A DNA stretch of 64,000 nucleotides from Octopus bimaculoides (lineage: Eukaryota): the NCBI RefSeq assembly GCF_001194135.2, contig NC_068989.1, positions 41,192,234 through 41,256,233 of the forward strand. The letters are read 5' to 3'. Shown here piece after piece: positions 40,339-52,454 of the stretch. The position numbers and the translations under genes were made by a program. The stretch's first letter is position 1. Every line of letters begins with the position of its first letter. Under the pieces are notes generated by a model that searched no databases, was not told where the DNA came from, and was given only the letters and a program-made list of their open reading frames with translations.

Positions 40339-40755
40339 TAGGCAGTGAGCAGACAGAATCATTAATAGGTCAAACAAAATACTTAGCAGCATTTCTTTCA
40401 GTTCTTTAAATTCTTATTTCAAATCAACTTTGCTCTTCATTCTTTCTGGTTCAATAAAATACAGTACCAGTCAAATACTGGGGGCCAATTGTATCGACTG
40501 AGTTCCTTCACTTCAAAATCACATGCCTTGTGCCTAAATCAACAACCATTATAATTATAATTATTATTATTATTAAGGCAGTGTGCTCACAGAATTGTTA
40601 GCATTGCCAAGCAAAATGCTTAGCAACATTTTGTCTGTCTTTAAGTTCTGAGTCCAAATTCTACCAAGGTTGATTGTGCTTTTTATCCTTTTAAGAGTCA
40701 ATAAAATAAATATCAGTCAAGTACTAGGTTCAATGTAATTGACTATCCCCCTTCC
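39995..40755 (+). mobile_element. Run of about four tandem SINE family A copies separated by (ATT)n tails
   Basis: Repeated ctttcatcctt...gtcaataaaataagtaccagt...aatcaactt cores, each followed by ATT repeats. Confidence 0.75.
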
Positions 40756-41950
40756 CAGCTCTTGCTGAGTACAAATGTCTAAAATCTTCCACTAAAACTT
40801 AGTTACAATTTATGTTCCTAATACTAGCTGAATGATAACTAAGTTATTTTACTAAATTCTTTGTTATATTTAAAGTAATTGAATGAAACACAGAGCATCT
40901 CAAAATAAATACAATAATGAAAGGGTTAATCATCAAGACCGCCCTACCTGGAATGAATAGAGTGTCACAGTACCCACACAGCCATATGTGCCTATATGTC
41001 AATTGTACTTTCAGTCATTAATCAAATGAGGAAAGGTTATAGATTTCTAGTCTTGTTAGAATCTTCTAGAATGAAAGACTGGGATGGCTATGGGAAAGAG
41101 CTGAATTGATGTTTAAGTTAAATAATTACTAATTACTAAATAGATAATTGGATGAAACACATGAGTAAGGTTGGTGTTGTAACTCTAGTTTAGGAAAAGA
41201 TGGATAAGGTAAAGTGTCAAGTATAGAAGCAGTGTGAGTGTGTGTGGGGGGGGGGGCAGATGAATGAAACACTGGTGGAGTGAAAGAGACTTAAGTAGAT
41301 TTAATTGGTTTAGAGAACAGTGATGTAGTATCAATAAATCTAGTGTCAATAGTAGTAGTGGTAAAGAATGAGGAGGAGGACATGCTGTATGAGTAAACCA
41401 AGAGTTGGAAGATAATTGTGGTGATGTGTGCAGAGCATAGCTAAACTAAGAGCAATCACATGGTACAAAAATAATTGAACAATGTTTAATTTAAACAGAA
41501 TACAAATTAATTCTTACATTTATGAATTTGATTTTATCAGTTATCATAACAAAAAAAAGAAAATGAAGTAAAAATGAAATTTATTTATAAAATTACATTA
41601 TTTAGATTCAATCACAATGAACTTAGAATAGAACTTCAGTCATTTTGTATGCTTTTATGCTTTGTTATTTTCATTGAATATGTATATTTCCATGTTAGTA
41701 AGGCTGGAAACTGTAAAAGGAATTTGAGGAATTTGAAAGCACAGAACTTGAAGTTGATTTGTTAATAGGAAACGCTGACAAATGCACCAGTTACAGAACA
41801 ACCATAAATGGTGATGGCATAGCTATAGCTCTGTATAGTTTTTGGAAACATTCATGCAGACACATACCTGCATACACACATACACACACACACACACACA
41901 CTAAATATATGTGGGTGCACATGTATAAAGGATTGTATAACTAACAACAG

Positions 41951-42093
41951 AACAAGAAATTATGTAATGAACTTCATTAGCCTTACAACTGCTTTTGCTT
42001 TAAGGTGACACACAATAACTCAACAATTAGTGCTTTGCATCTTATAGCAGAAACAGCTGTAAGCTAATGAAGTTCCTTTCATAATTTCTTGTT
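41951..42093. repeat. Imperfect fold-back, about 50-55-bp arms
   Basis: aacaagaaattatgtaatgaacttcattagccttacaactgcttttgct versus agcagaaacagctgtaagctaatgaagttcctttcataatttcttgtt. Confidence 0.75.
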
Positions 42094-42549
42094 TCCTTGT
42101 CATTTATATAATTTCTTTTTATACTCTGTATTTGACTAACACTTTTCTTTGAAGCATATGTATACCGAGTTACAACAACAGGCTATTAATACTGCTATGC
42201 CTAAACCAACATATCAATATACTCATATGTGTGTGTGTGTGTGCATATTATTATCATTACTATCAACATCATTATTATTATTATGATTGGGTGAAATCCA
42301 AAATTCAAGTAAATTAGGTAGTAAAGTGAAAGGGCATGTAGGGATTGCAAAGGAAACAAAATCAATCACTCAACATATATCAGTATCTATCTATTTATCC
42401 ATGTTATATTTTTTTCATCTGCATACATATGTAACAGCATACATACACACTCACATACACACACAGATACACAAACATACACACACACAAACATACACAC
42501 ACACAAACATACATACATACATACATACATATTTACATACATACATACA

Positions 42550-42845
42550 CTGAACTATTGAGAAATCTGCAGTTACTCCATATCCTGATCACAGGTTCAG
42601 GTTTATACCTGTAATTATTGGGGTACTGGGATATGTAACACACTGCTTAAATACCAGTCTTGAGAAATTAGGCTTCTAAAAACCAGAAAGGAGAAAGCTG
42701 ATTCGAAGTCTACAGATCCAGTCCATCACTGGAACTGTAAAAATCTGTAAAACTTTCCAGACGTCTATCATTTAAGTATTAATGAGCATGTCTAGGTATG
42801 CAACAATATGCATGATAATACAGACATAAAACAAAACATATGAAT

Positions 42846-42850
<5 letters not shown>
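42550..42850 (+). mobile_element. 3' end of a restriction-like-endonuclease (RLE) non-LTR retrotransposon (R4/Dong/NeSL-like)
   Basis: ELLRNLQLL-YPDHRFRFIPVIIGVLGYVTHCLNTSLEKLGF*...LQIQSITGTVKICKTF matches the RLE C-terminal pattern (IPVIIGALG...GT.KI). One frameshift and one stop. Confidence 0.7.
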
Positions 42851-42940
<90 letters not shown>

Positions 42941-42989
42941 CACACACACGCACGCACACACACACACACACACAAACAAATGAAAATAC

Positions 42990-43069
42990 CCAGCTGATAT
43001 TTTTGAAATTCTAATGAAGGGACTTTGAATCTAGGTAAGAAACTGGCTCTCTTTCTATTTGCAAGAAAT
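42990..43069 (-). CDS. Tentative upstream exon [26 protein letters not shown]
   Basis: ttctgttttatttcaag|A...CTGG|gtattt, one open frame (phase 2 to 1). Needs a bridging exon to join 39349 (a weak candidate is 39512-39561). Confidence 0.4.
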
Positions 43070-43667
43070 CTTGAAATAAAACAGAAAAATGGCATACGTA
43101 CATAGACACATTATTTACTATACATATATTCTACTTTTTAAAATATGTAAACTACATCTTTGCCAGTCATACAGGTTGGCATCAGGGAGTCCCCCCATAC
43201 ACCCACAAACCATGCCAATATGGAAAAGCAAACTAAAAGGTGACAATGATTATATATATATATTAACTTTTAGAAGGTAAAGGTTGACAGTGACTTCAAA
43301 ATTTTGGCTTCCTTGTCTTCAGCAGGCTGTGTTCTATTAAAAAGTATTGAGTAATCCTTCATTTTAATGTTAAAATTGTTTTTCTGCATAACTTAATATA
43401 AAAGCAAGCAAACAAACACATACACACACATAAATATCAAACAATGAGAATGAGGCTCAAAACTACATTGGTAGATAAAGATTCTATTAATCTAAAATGA
43501 AGATGAACACCTATGTTGCATGCAATAGGCTAGAAAATTGTTTAGGCCTTCCTAAACATGAAACCAATGGTAGCCTCAATACATAAATAAAGAATATATA
43601 AAAGGCTGTGCTCCATCATGGCCACAGTGCTATGACTGAAACACGTAAAAGAATATATATATATATA

Positions 43668-43699
<32 letters not shown>

Positions 43700-45580
43700 G
43701 ATATGCAGGGCAGGGAATCGTCAATTAGTAATAAAATTAATAATCAACAATTTTGCCGGGTAGCTCAGTATGAAAAAACCTTCTTCGGTAAAAAACATTT
43801 ATAATCATAAATATATAGGGATTGACAGTAACCTGCTTCTCCAACATACTGAGAATTCAGAAATAGCAGTCAAAGAACTACTGATTTCAAAACTACAAAT
43901 TATTACTCCAGATTGATAGCGATATTTTTGATGGGAAAAGTTATAGTGTATTGTGCAGTAAAAAGAGAGTGATCTGATACNNNNNNNNNNNNNNNNNNNN
44001 NNNNNNNNNNNNNNNNNNNNNNNNNNNNNNNNNNNNNNNNNNNNNNNNNNNNNNNNNNNNNNNNNNNNNNNNNNNNNNNNNNNNNNNNNNNNNNNNNNNN
44101 NNNNNNNNNNNNNNNNNNNNNNNNNNNNNNNNNNNNNNNNNNNNNNNNNNNNNNNNNNNNNNNNNNNNNNNNNNNNNNNNNNNNNNNNNNNNNNNNNNNN
44201 NNNNNNNNNNNNNNNNNNNNNNNNNNNNNNNNNNNNNNNNNNNNNNNNNNNNNNNNNNNNNNNNNNNNNNNNNNNNNNNNNNNNNNNNNNNNNNNNNNNN
44301 NNNNNNNNNNNNNNNNNNNNNNNNNNNNNNNNNNNNNNNNNNNNNNNNNNNNNNNNNNNNNNNNNNNNNNNNNNNNNNNNNNNNNNNNNNNNNNNNNNNN
44401 NNNNNNNNNNNNNNNNNNNNNNNNNNNNNNNNNNNNNNNNNNNNNNNNNNNNNNNNNNNNNNNNNNNNNNNNNNNNNNNNNNNNNNNNNNNNNNNNNNNN
44501 NNNNNNNNNNNNNNNNNNNNNNNNNNNNNNNNNNNNNNNNNNNNNNNNNNNNNNNNNNNNNNNNNNNNNNNNNNNNNNNNNNNNNNNNNNNNNNNNNNNN
44601 NNNNNNNNNNNNNNNNNNNNNNNNNNNNNNNNNNNNNNNNNNNNNNNNNNNNNNNNNNNNNNNNNNNNNNNNNNNNNNNNNNNNNNNNNNNNNNNNNNNN
44701 NNNNNNNNNNNNNNNNNNNNNNNNNNNNNNNNNNNNNNNNNNNNNNNNNNNNNNNNNNNNNNNNNNNNNNNNNNNNNNNNNNNNNNNNNNNNNNNNNNNN
44801 NNNNNNNNNNNNNNNNNNNNNNNNNNNNNNNNNNNNNNNNNNNNNNNNNNNNNNNNNNNNNNNNNNNNAACCAAATCCAAAAACGAAATATATATACAAA
44901 TGTATATATACAGAGAGAGAAAGAGAGAGAGATGCATGTATGTGAATACAAAATGCACTTTGCTATAAGGGTAGTCCTTAGAAGATAAGATACTTTTTAA
45001 CTTGTCAAACCTACTTTTGTTACCTTTTCACTTTGCATCCTTGACATATCCCTCTTCTCTCATCTACTTGTTACTCACCCACTCCAATTCTCCCACCCTT
45101 TTATCACTCATAGAATTCCATCTTTCATTTCCACACTATGTGTTTACTGCATCATCCTTCTTACTGACCCCTTCACTCTTTACTAGGGCTTTATCTAAGA
45201 AACTGTATCAGATCACTCTCTTTTTACTGCACAATACACTATAACTTTTCCCAATTCTACTGCCATCCATCACTCTCTCTGCCCTCAACTGCAACTCATC
45301 ACCTACTTTTTATCTTATTACCACCCTTATCTCCACTCACTTCTATTATTGTAAAATAATACATAATTACTTGCAAAATAACTTAATTTCTTTAGAATTT
45401 CAAAGATTTATTGAAGAGTTTGAGATTCCACATAGGTACACATATGTTGTTAATGATTTCAGTCATAGCACAGTGAAAATAATTGGGATCAGTCAAACAA
45501 ATCAACTGCAATACTTATTTTAAGTTGGAAATTTTTTCTATTAGTAACATTTTGTCAAGCAGCATACATACATACGTACA

Positions 45581-45615
<35 letters not shown>

Positions 45616-45646
45616 GCATACATATATTTATACATACATACACACA

Positions 45647-46866
45647 TTGGGTTGGCAACTAAGTTCCCGCCATTTAAAAATTTTTTTTAATTTGTTACGT
45701 TTTTAAATTTTGGAATCTATTTTTTTCAAGAATTCTATTTTTGAATCATTTTGGAATCTATTTTGTTTTTTTACTAGTTAAGTTTAGTTAACTTCTGTTT
45801 ATTTTCAGATCATTAAAATGGAATGTCAAGTTAAGAAAAATGAGCATTTTCAACACCTCGTTCTAAGGCCACAAAAGCTGCTTGCGACATTTGTGCTGTG
45901 TATGGAGAGGGTGCCATAGCTGAAAGAACCGCTCGTGATTGGTATGCCAAGTTCAAAAATGGAAATTTTGACCTCATAGACGCACCTCGTTCTGGCCGTT
46001 CAGTTGAGTTCGATGAAGAGCAATTAAACCAACTTTTGCATGAAAATTCTCATCAAACGCCATGGGAACTGGCAGAGAAAATGGAATGCTCCCACACTGC
46101 TATAAAGAAGCATCTTCACTCGATGGGAAAGGTTCAGAAGTATGGAGCATGGGTTCTGCATGCTTTAAGTGACAACAGCACAAATCAACGAGCCACAATC
46201 TCCACTGGTTTGTTGGCTCGTCACCACTCAACTCATGGACACAAGCAACGATTTCTTTACTGAATTGTTACTGGTGATGAAAAATGGTGCCTGTACATCA
46301 ATATGAAGCAGCATAAGGAATGTCTTAGCCCCGGTAAACAAGCGACACCACACTTGAAACAAGATCTCCATCTGTATAAAACAATGTTGTGCATATGGTG
46401 AGACTGGGAAGGGATTATCCATTATGAATTGCTTGAACGTAACCAAACAGTTAACGCGGAACTCTATGTTCAACAGCTAGAATGACTCAACACGGCTATT
46501 CAAGAGAAAAGACCTAATCGGCAGCATGGAGTTCTTCTGCTGTACGACAACACCCACCCTAATATCGCCAATATGACCAAGGAAGCCATTCAAACACATG
46601 GCTGGGAAGTGCTGCCACACCTGCTGTACTCTCCTGATTTGGCACCAACGGATTTCCACTTCTTTCGATCTCTTTCAAATACTATGCGTGGAAGTCAAAA
46701 TTGGGTGATTTCTACGAACGAGGTATTGAAAATCTTGTTGAACATTGGGAAGAAGTTGTAAGCAACAAGGGTGAATACATTATTGATTAATTAGTTGTTA
46801 TTTTTTATTAAACCTTTTAAAAAATTTAAATTTTTAAAAACGGTGTCAACTTAGTTGCCAAACCAA
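45647..46866 (+). mobile_element. Near-full-length mariner (DD34D); transposase remnant 45818-46790 with stops and deletions
   Basis: TIRs ttgggttggcaactaagtt / aacttagttgccaaaccaa. Motifs TGDEKW, YDN...YSPDLAPTD (34-aa spacing) and WVLH (WVPH). Confidence 0.95.
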
Positions 46867-46879
46867 TATATACATGTAC

Positions 46880-46928
<49 letters not shown>

Positions 46929-47023
46929 GATAGAAAGGACAACAAAAGAAAGAAAGAGACCTCGATATAATGTAAATAGAGGAATATATCTGTAAAAATA
47001 TGTGACACTTATTTGGTAGCCAT

Positions 47024-47084
47024 GATAAAACTATGAGTTTCGGATGCCGGGGTGGGAACCCACGCCAACATCTCTTCAGTTATC
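47024..47084 (-). ncRNA. Type I hammerhead ribozyme motif (inverted copy)
   Basis: GAUAA-CUGAAGA-GAUGUUGG...CCGGCAUC-C-GAAAC-UCAUA-GUU^UUAUC. Confidence 0.65.
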
Positions 47085-47437
47085 CGGCCATTGAAAATTC
47101 CTGAGAAAAATGACCTCCTCTTCCATGCTAAAAAAGAAAGCTTTCCATCTCATATGCATAATGAGGTCTGTAATTTTCTCCAAAAGTTTCTTAGAGTATA
47201 GTTCCCTTGATGGTATCGGTATGTTTTTCATAGAATAATCGATGTAGAAGGCGTCCATATTGAATTCTTCTGTGGGGCAGAGCCCTCAACCGATTTCTGG
47301 TGATTTTCCAAAATAAGGTGTATTAGTCCTTACGGAAACAAGCGGTGTATGGGAGGTAACTTATTGATAGAAAGGACAACAACAGAAAGAAAGAAGCCAC
47401 AAAAGAGGTCATTTATCACAGGAATTTTCAATGACCG

Positions 47438-47496
47438 GATAACTGAAGAGATGTTGGCGTGGGTTCCCAACCCAGCATCCGAAACTCAGTTTTATC
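47438..47496 (+). ncRNA. Type I hammerhead ribozyme motif
   Basis: GAUAA-CUGAAGA-stem II (GAUGUUGG/CCAGCAUC)-C-GAAAC-UCA-GUU^UUAUC. Stem I is GAUAA/UUAUC. Confidence 0.65.
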
Positions 47497-48336
47497 ATGG
47501 CTACCAAATAAGTGTCACATATTTTTACAGATATATATANNNNNNNNNNNNNNNNNNNNNNNNNNNNNNNNNNNNNNNNNNNNNNNNNNNNNNNNNNNNN
47601 NNNNNNNNNNNNNNNNNNNNNNNNNNNNNNNNNNNNNNNNNNNNNNNNNNNNNNNNNNNNNNNNNNNNNNNNNNNNNNNNNNNNNNNNNNNNNNNNNNNN
47701 NNNNNNNNNNNNNNNNNNNNNNNNNNNNNNNNNNNNNNNNNNNNNNNNNNNNNNNNNNNNNNNNNNNNNNNNNNNNNNNNNNNNNNNNNNNNNNNNNNNN
47801 NNNNNNNNNNNNNNNNNNNNNNNNNNNNNNNNNNNNNNNNNNNNNNNNNNNNNNNNNNNNNNNNNNNNNNNNNNNNNNNNNNNNNNNNNNNNNNNNNNNN
47901 NNNNNNNNNNNNNNNNNNNNNNNNNNNNNNNNNNNNNNNNNNNNNNNNNNNNNNNNNNNNNNNNNNNNNNNNNNNNNNNNNNNNNNNNNNNNNNNNNNNN
48001 NNNNNNNNNNNNNNNNNNNNNNNNNNNNNNNNNNNNNNNNNNNNNNNNNNNNNNNNNNNNNNNNNNNNNNNNNNNNNNNNNNNNNNNNNNNNNNNNNNNN
48101 NNNNNNNNNNNNNNNNNNNNNNNNNNNNNNNNNNNNNNNNNNNNNNNNNNNNNNNNNNNNNNNNNNNNNNNNNNNNNNNNNNNNNNNNNNNNNNNNNNNN
48201 NNNNNNNNNNNNNNNNNNNNNNNNNNNNNNNNNNNNNNNNNNNNNNNNNNNNNNNNNNNNNNNNNNNNNNNNNNNNNNNNNNNNNNNNNNNNNNNNNNNN
48301 NNNNNNNNNNNNNNNNNNNNNNNNNNNNNNNNNNNN

Positions 48337-48396
<60 letters not shown>

Positions 48397-48970
48397 GTGT
48401 GTGTTCTTAAGCAAAACACTTCATGTTGCTCCAGTCAACTCAGCTGCTAATGGGTACACCTTGCGATAGACTAGCCTTCCAATCACAGTGAAACATTGGC
48501 CTACTCATCTAGCCAGCAGGGTGGCATCATTCAAAAGCTAAAGCAATGTAAAAGCACACAGTGACCAATGATGTTAAATAACACCCACTTGACTGGTTGA
48601 TCACATGATCATGTGATTTATATATATATATACAATGATGCTTTGATATATGAGTTAATTTGTTCCCAGAGACCGCTTGTAAAGTGAAAACTTGTAAAGC
48701 AGAGCCATAATTTTCTATAGGAGAGATGTTATAAACTGTAAATTGTTTCTAGAAAAATATTTTGCGAATAAAATTTATAACACACGTAAATAAATGGCAA
48801 GAAAACAATAGTAGAATGTAAAGAATAGTGTGTGTGTGTGTGTGTTAGAATAATTGTCTAGTAAACCATGAAATAGTTTTATAGTTGATTCAAGTGTGAC
48901 TTGCCATAGGATTTAAAATGTCTTGTTTACAAATATGTGGGTGTATTTTTTTGTACATACATAAATACAT

Positions 48971-49012
<42 letters not shown>

Positions 49013-49599
49013 GACAGGTGATAATCATATAAATATCAAATATTTATACATATATACATTAGAAAACCTTAGCTGAAAGAGAAAATTATAAGAATGTAAA
49101 CATGTTCCTTCTATGCTTTCAATGTGCAGAAAAAAAGAGGAAGAGACTCCTTAAAGATAGCTTTACAGTTTCTTTACTGCTCCTCAGATGAAACATACCC
49201 AATTTCATTTTACCACACATCATAAACATTGAAAGAATGTTTCCTCTAATAGCCAAAGCTATCTAATGTTTAAATTTGTTTCAATCCATCTGATTCATAA
49301 TATATTATAAATAAAATATATTGTTTAATGAAAATCTGCTAAAAGTACAAAAGGTATTTTTCTACATTCTTATAATTTCCTCTCACAGCTAGGTTTTCTA
49401 AAGTTAAAATTTGTTTCATTCCTTTTGATTCATGCTATGTTGGGCATATATATATATGTGTGTACGTGTGTGTATATATAATATATATTATATACACTGT
49501 ACAGTTCTGTCTTTTGTACGATCAACAAAATAGTACTGCATTCAGCAAATGATAAATATCATTTAATAAACACAGAACACAAAATTTAAATATGAACAA

Positions 49600-49815
49600 C
49601 TATAAGTTTCATACAGTTCTATATTTAAGAGATGAGGAATTATGTACACTATTTACATTATTTACATTCGATGGATACCTTAGGAATGAGAACCCAGGTT
49701 CGAAATTTCCCCCAAGACACCTGAAGAAGGCTGGAGGGTGTATCAGCCGAAATGTTGTGTAAACAACAAACAAGATGAGGACAAATATCCGTTGAATGTA
49801 AATAATGTATATAAA
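49600..49815 (+). mobile_element. Short Penelope-type repeat carrying a minimal hammerhead-like motif (49717-49760); decayed reverse copy near 5450-5590
   Basis: ACAC-CUGAAGA-A-GGCUG...CAGCC-GAAAU-GUU-GUGU. Confidence 0.55.
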
Positions 49816-50137
49816 TTTCATGTCCTAATAGTACAATAGTCCAATGAGCTTATATAGCATATCCCTTTTGAGTCTGAAAGATTCCAGGACAGCACATGGT
49901 TTGCTATACAAGCTTGTCCAACAATTGTACTATCATCACATGAAACTTATAGTAACTTACATTTAAATCCTGCATTTATTTTACACACACACACACATAC
50001 ACACAGAGAAATACACAGACAAACATTTGTATAGATCATACAATGAACTCAGTAATTTTGACTTCATATGCAATGTGCCACAATGCAACATGTATATGGT
50101 TGCTCAACAGGCTAGGGCTTTTTCAGATTATTAGGTA

Positions 50138-50171
<34 letters not shown>

Positions 50172-50469
50172 GCAAAAGATTTGAACATATTGAATAATGT
50201 AGTCTTAGATACACAATGTCTGAAATGAAACATGGAAGGAATACCTTCAATAATACTTCTGTTGTCTAAAGACACTGTAACAGAGAAAGTTAGACTCATT
50301 AAAATATTGACTCAGTGATGAAGAAAATTACCTGAGAGACACAACAACACAGAAGTAACAGAGAAAACATGCGATGGTAGACACTAATCAATAAAAAAAA
50401 AAACTGGAAATAAACACAAAAAATAAAACAATTCACTCTTGTAGAGATTTGCATTCTTTGTGTTAAAAC

Positions 50470-50511
<42 letters not shown>

Positions 50512-51505
50512 TGATAATAATAATATGGGAAACTAAATTTTCTTGTTTCAAAAATGCAGAAACCAAAAAAGAAACAAGAGAGGGCTAAAGATAAATAAGT
50601 GGACAGCTAATGGAAATTCTTTACAAAACCCATGAAAGGGTAAGAGGGCAGCCATTTTGACTAAGATTTCTACAAATATAAGAAAATTGTTTATATCTAC
50701 AGCAGGCATGGGCAACCTTTTTTTGACAAGCAGGCCACATGAGACATGGCTCATAATCAGGTGGGCCACACAACTAAAAAGAATTTCAAGATAATATAAT
50801 TTCTTTAGTTATGCATGACATTTTAGTTAGGTGTGTCATTAGACATACGGCAGTTATGTCCATGATGGATTTTCAGATTCATGTATTGGTTCAGTGTGCT
50901 ATTTCTTGTAGAACATTGGTTTAGAACACAAACAATTGAAGAAAGTTACTGAAGAGACAGCTGTAGTAGCTAAGATCACTTCAAGCTGTTTGCAGTTGAC
51001 AAGATAATGCAGATGGAACCATTCTGCAAGTAAACAATAATTCAGCTTTTGCTACTCTGCTCAGGTGTTATTTGCAGGCTAAAGGATGAGGTGCTGAGAT
51101 ATCTGCTGAAGATACAGAAGGGTTCCTAACAATATAAACGACTGAGCCACCATCAAAAGAAAGAGTGTGCAACATCTTCTTTAAGTAGCAAAACGTCTCT
51201 GATGTTTATTTCATATGTATGTGTACGAGTGCATCCACATGTAAGTATACATGTTTGTATGCATGTCTGTCTGTATATGTATGTATGCATGAATATGTAT
51301 GTATGCATGCATGTATGTATACATATACCTGCCTGTCTCTGTATGTACGTACATGCACAGATGTCTGTATATGTATGCCTGTATGTATATCAGTATGCAT
51401 GTACATTTAGTTTTCCTTTGGTTTACATGGTTTCAGTTTAGCAGTTTGGAATTATTTTTCTTTCACTTTTCAACCAATAATTATATTTATGAATTTTTAA
51501 ATATT

Positions 51506-52341
51506 AGACAGAATAGTTGTTCTTTATTGAAATTACACATGTGCTCCATACTTTTTTCAACAGGTGGAAAGTGGTCCTTGCCTCACTTATTCTCGTCTTA
51601 ATATCTTCATCGGTGCCACCTGAGAACGTTATCTTACTACCTAAATACGTAAACTCGGCTACATCCTCTAGTTCACCGGTTTCTAGTTTAATACGTTCAC
51701 TGTTTTCTTCATTAACGCACATAATTTTTGATTTGTCGCGGTTGACTTTCAATCCTAGTTTGGCAGCTATTGCTTCTAATTTTGACGTTTTATTTTGTGT
51801 TTGGCTATATGTTTGTGAAAGTAGCGCTATATCATCTGCAAAGTTGAGATCTAGAGCTTCTGCATCCGTCCATTCAATGCCTGTTTGGCTTTCAATCGTA
51901 GTAATTTCAATAAAGAACAAAATAAGAATTTTTAACACTAACGTAAAAGCGGTGTTATTGTATGNNNNNNNNNNNNNNNNNNNNNNNNNNNNNNNNNNNN
52001 NNNNNACATAAGCAATATGGAGCTATGGCAAAGAACGAATCAAGTTTCGATTAGGGAGCAAATATTTAAGAAAAAGTGGAAGTGGATTGGTAACACAATT
52101 AGAAAGGACACACTAAATGTAGCGAAAAGTGCTTTACAGTGGAATCCAGATGGATATAGAAAGAGGGGTAGGCCTAAGAACCCGTGGTGTAGATCAACAC
52201 AAAAGGAACTAGAGAAAGGGGGACATTCATGGCAGAGTATAAATACAGAAGCGAAAAATTATGCGACATGGAATTCAATTATAAGTGGCCTATACTCCAC
52301 GTTGGAGGGTTAAAGGCAAGAAAGAAAGACAGAATAGTTGT
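51506..52341. mobile_element. Second RTE-clade LINE family copy with a 5' inversion (inverted 51517-51900, sense 51901-52326) and 15-bp TSD
   Basis: Minus: GIEWTDAEALDLNFADD...FTYLGS...KVWS. Plus: ISIKNKIRIFNTNVKAVLLY...WKWIG...RKRGRPKN. TSD AGACAGAATAGTTGT at 51506-51520 and 52327-52341. Confidence 0.92.
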
Positions 52342-52454
52342 AATGTCAGATATATATGCAAAGCAGTTCCCAAGCTTGTTTGGCAAGTGATTTGCAAAAA
52401 ATAACATTTTCCAATTTCAATTGTTTCCATTACCTCCTATTACTCCCCTCAGAC

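Larger units (their letters stand above)
46929..47536. mobile_element. Non-autonomous Penelope-like element remnant with about 133-bp inverted repeats
   Basis: Minus ORF 47258-47120 DYSMKNIPIPSRELYSKKLLEKITDLIMHMRWKAFFF is a typical PLE N-terminus. IRs at about 46985-47117 and 47405-47536; direct repeat gatagaaaggacaacaa at 46929 and 47366. Confidence 0.75.

Noticed and set aside
49961-49969. 9-nt microexon candidate GATTTAAAT|gtaagt, and a 20-nt near-match (cttttgagtctgaaag.ttcc) between about 49866 and 22306
   Set aside because: The acceptor lacks a pyrimidine tract. The short match has no extended homology and is compatible with chance in AT-rich DNA.
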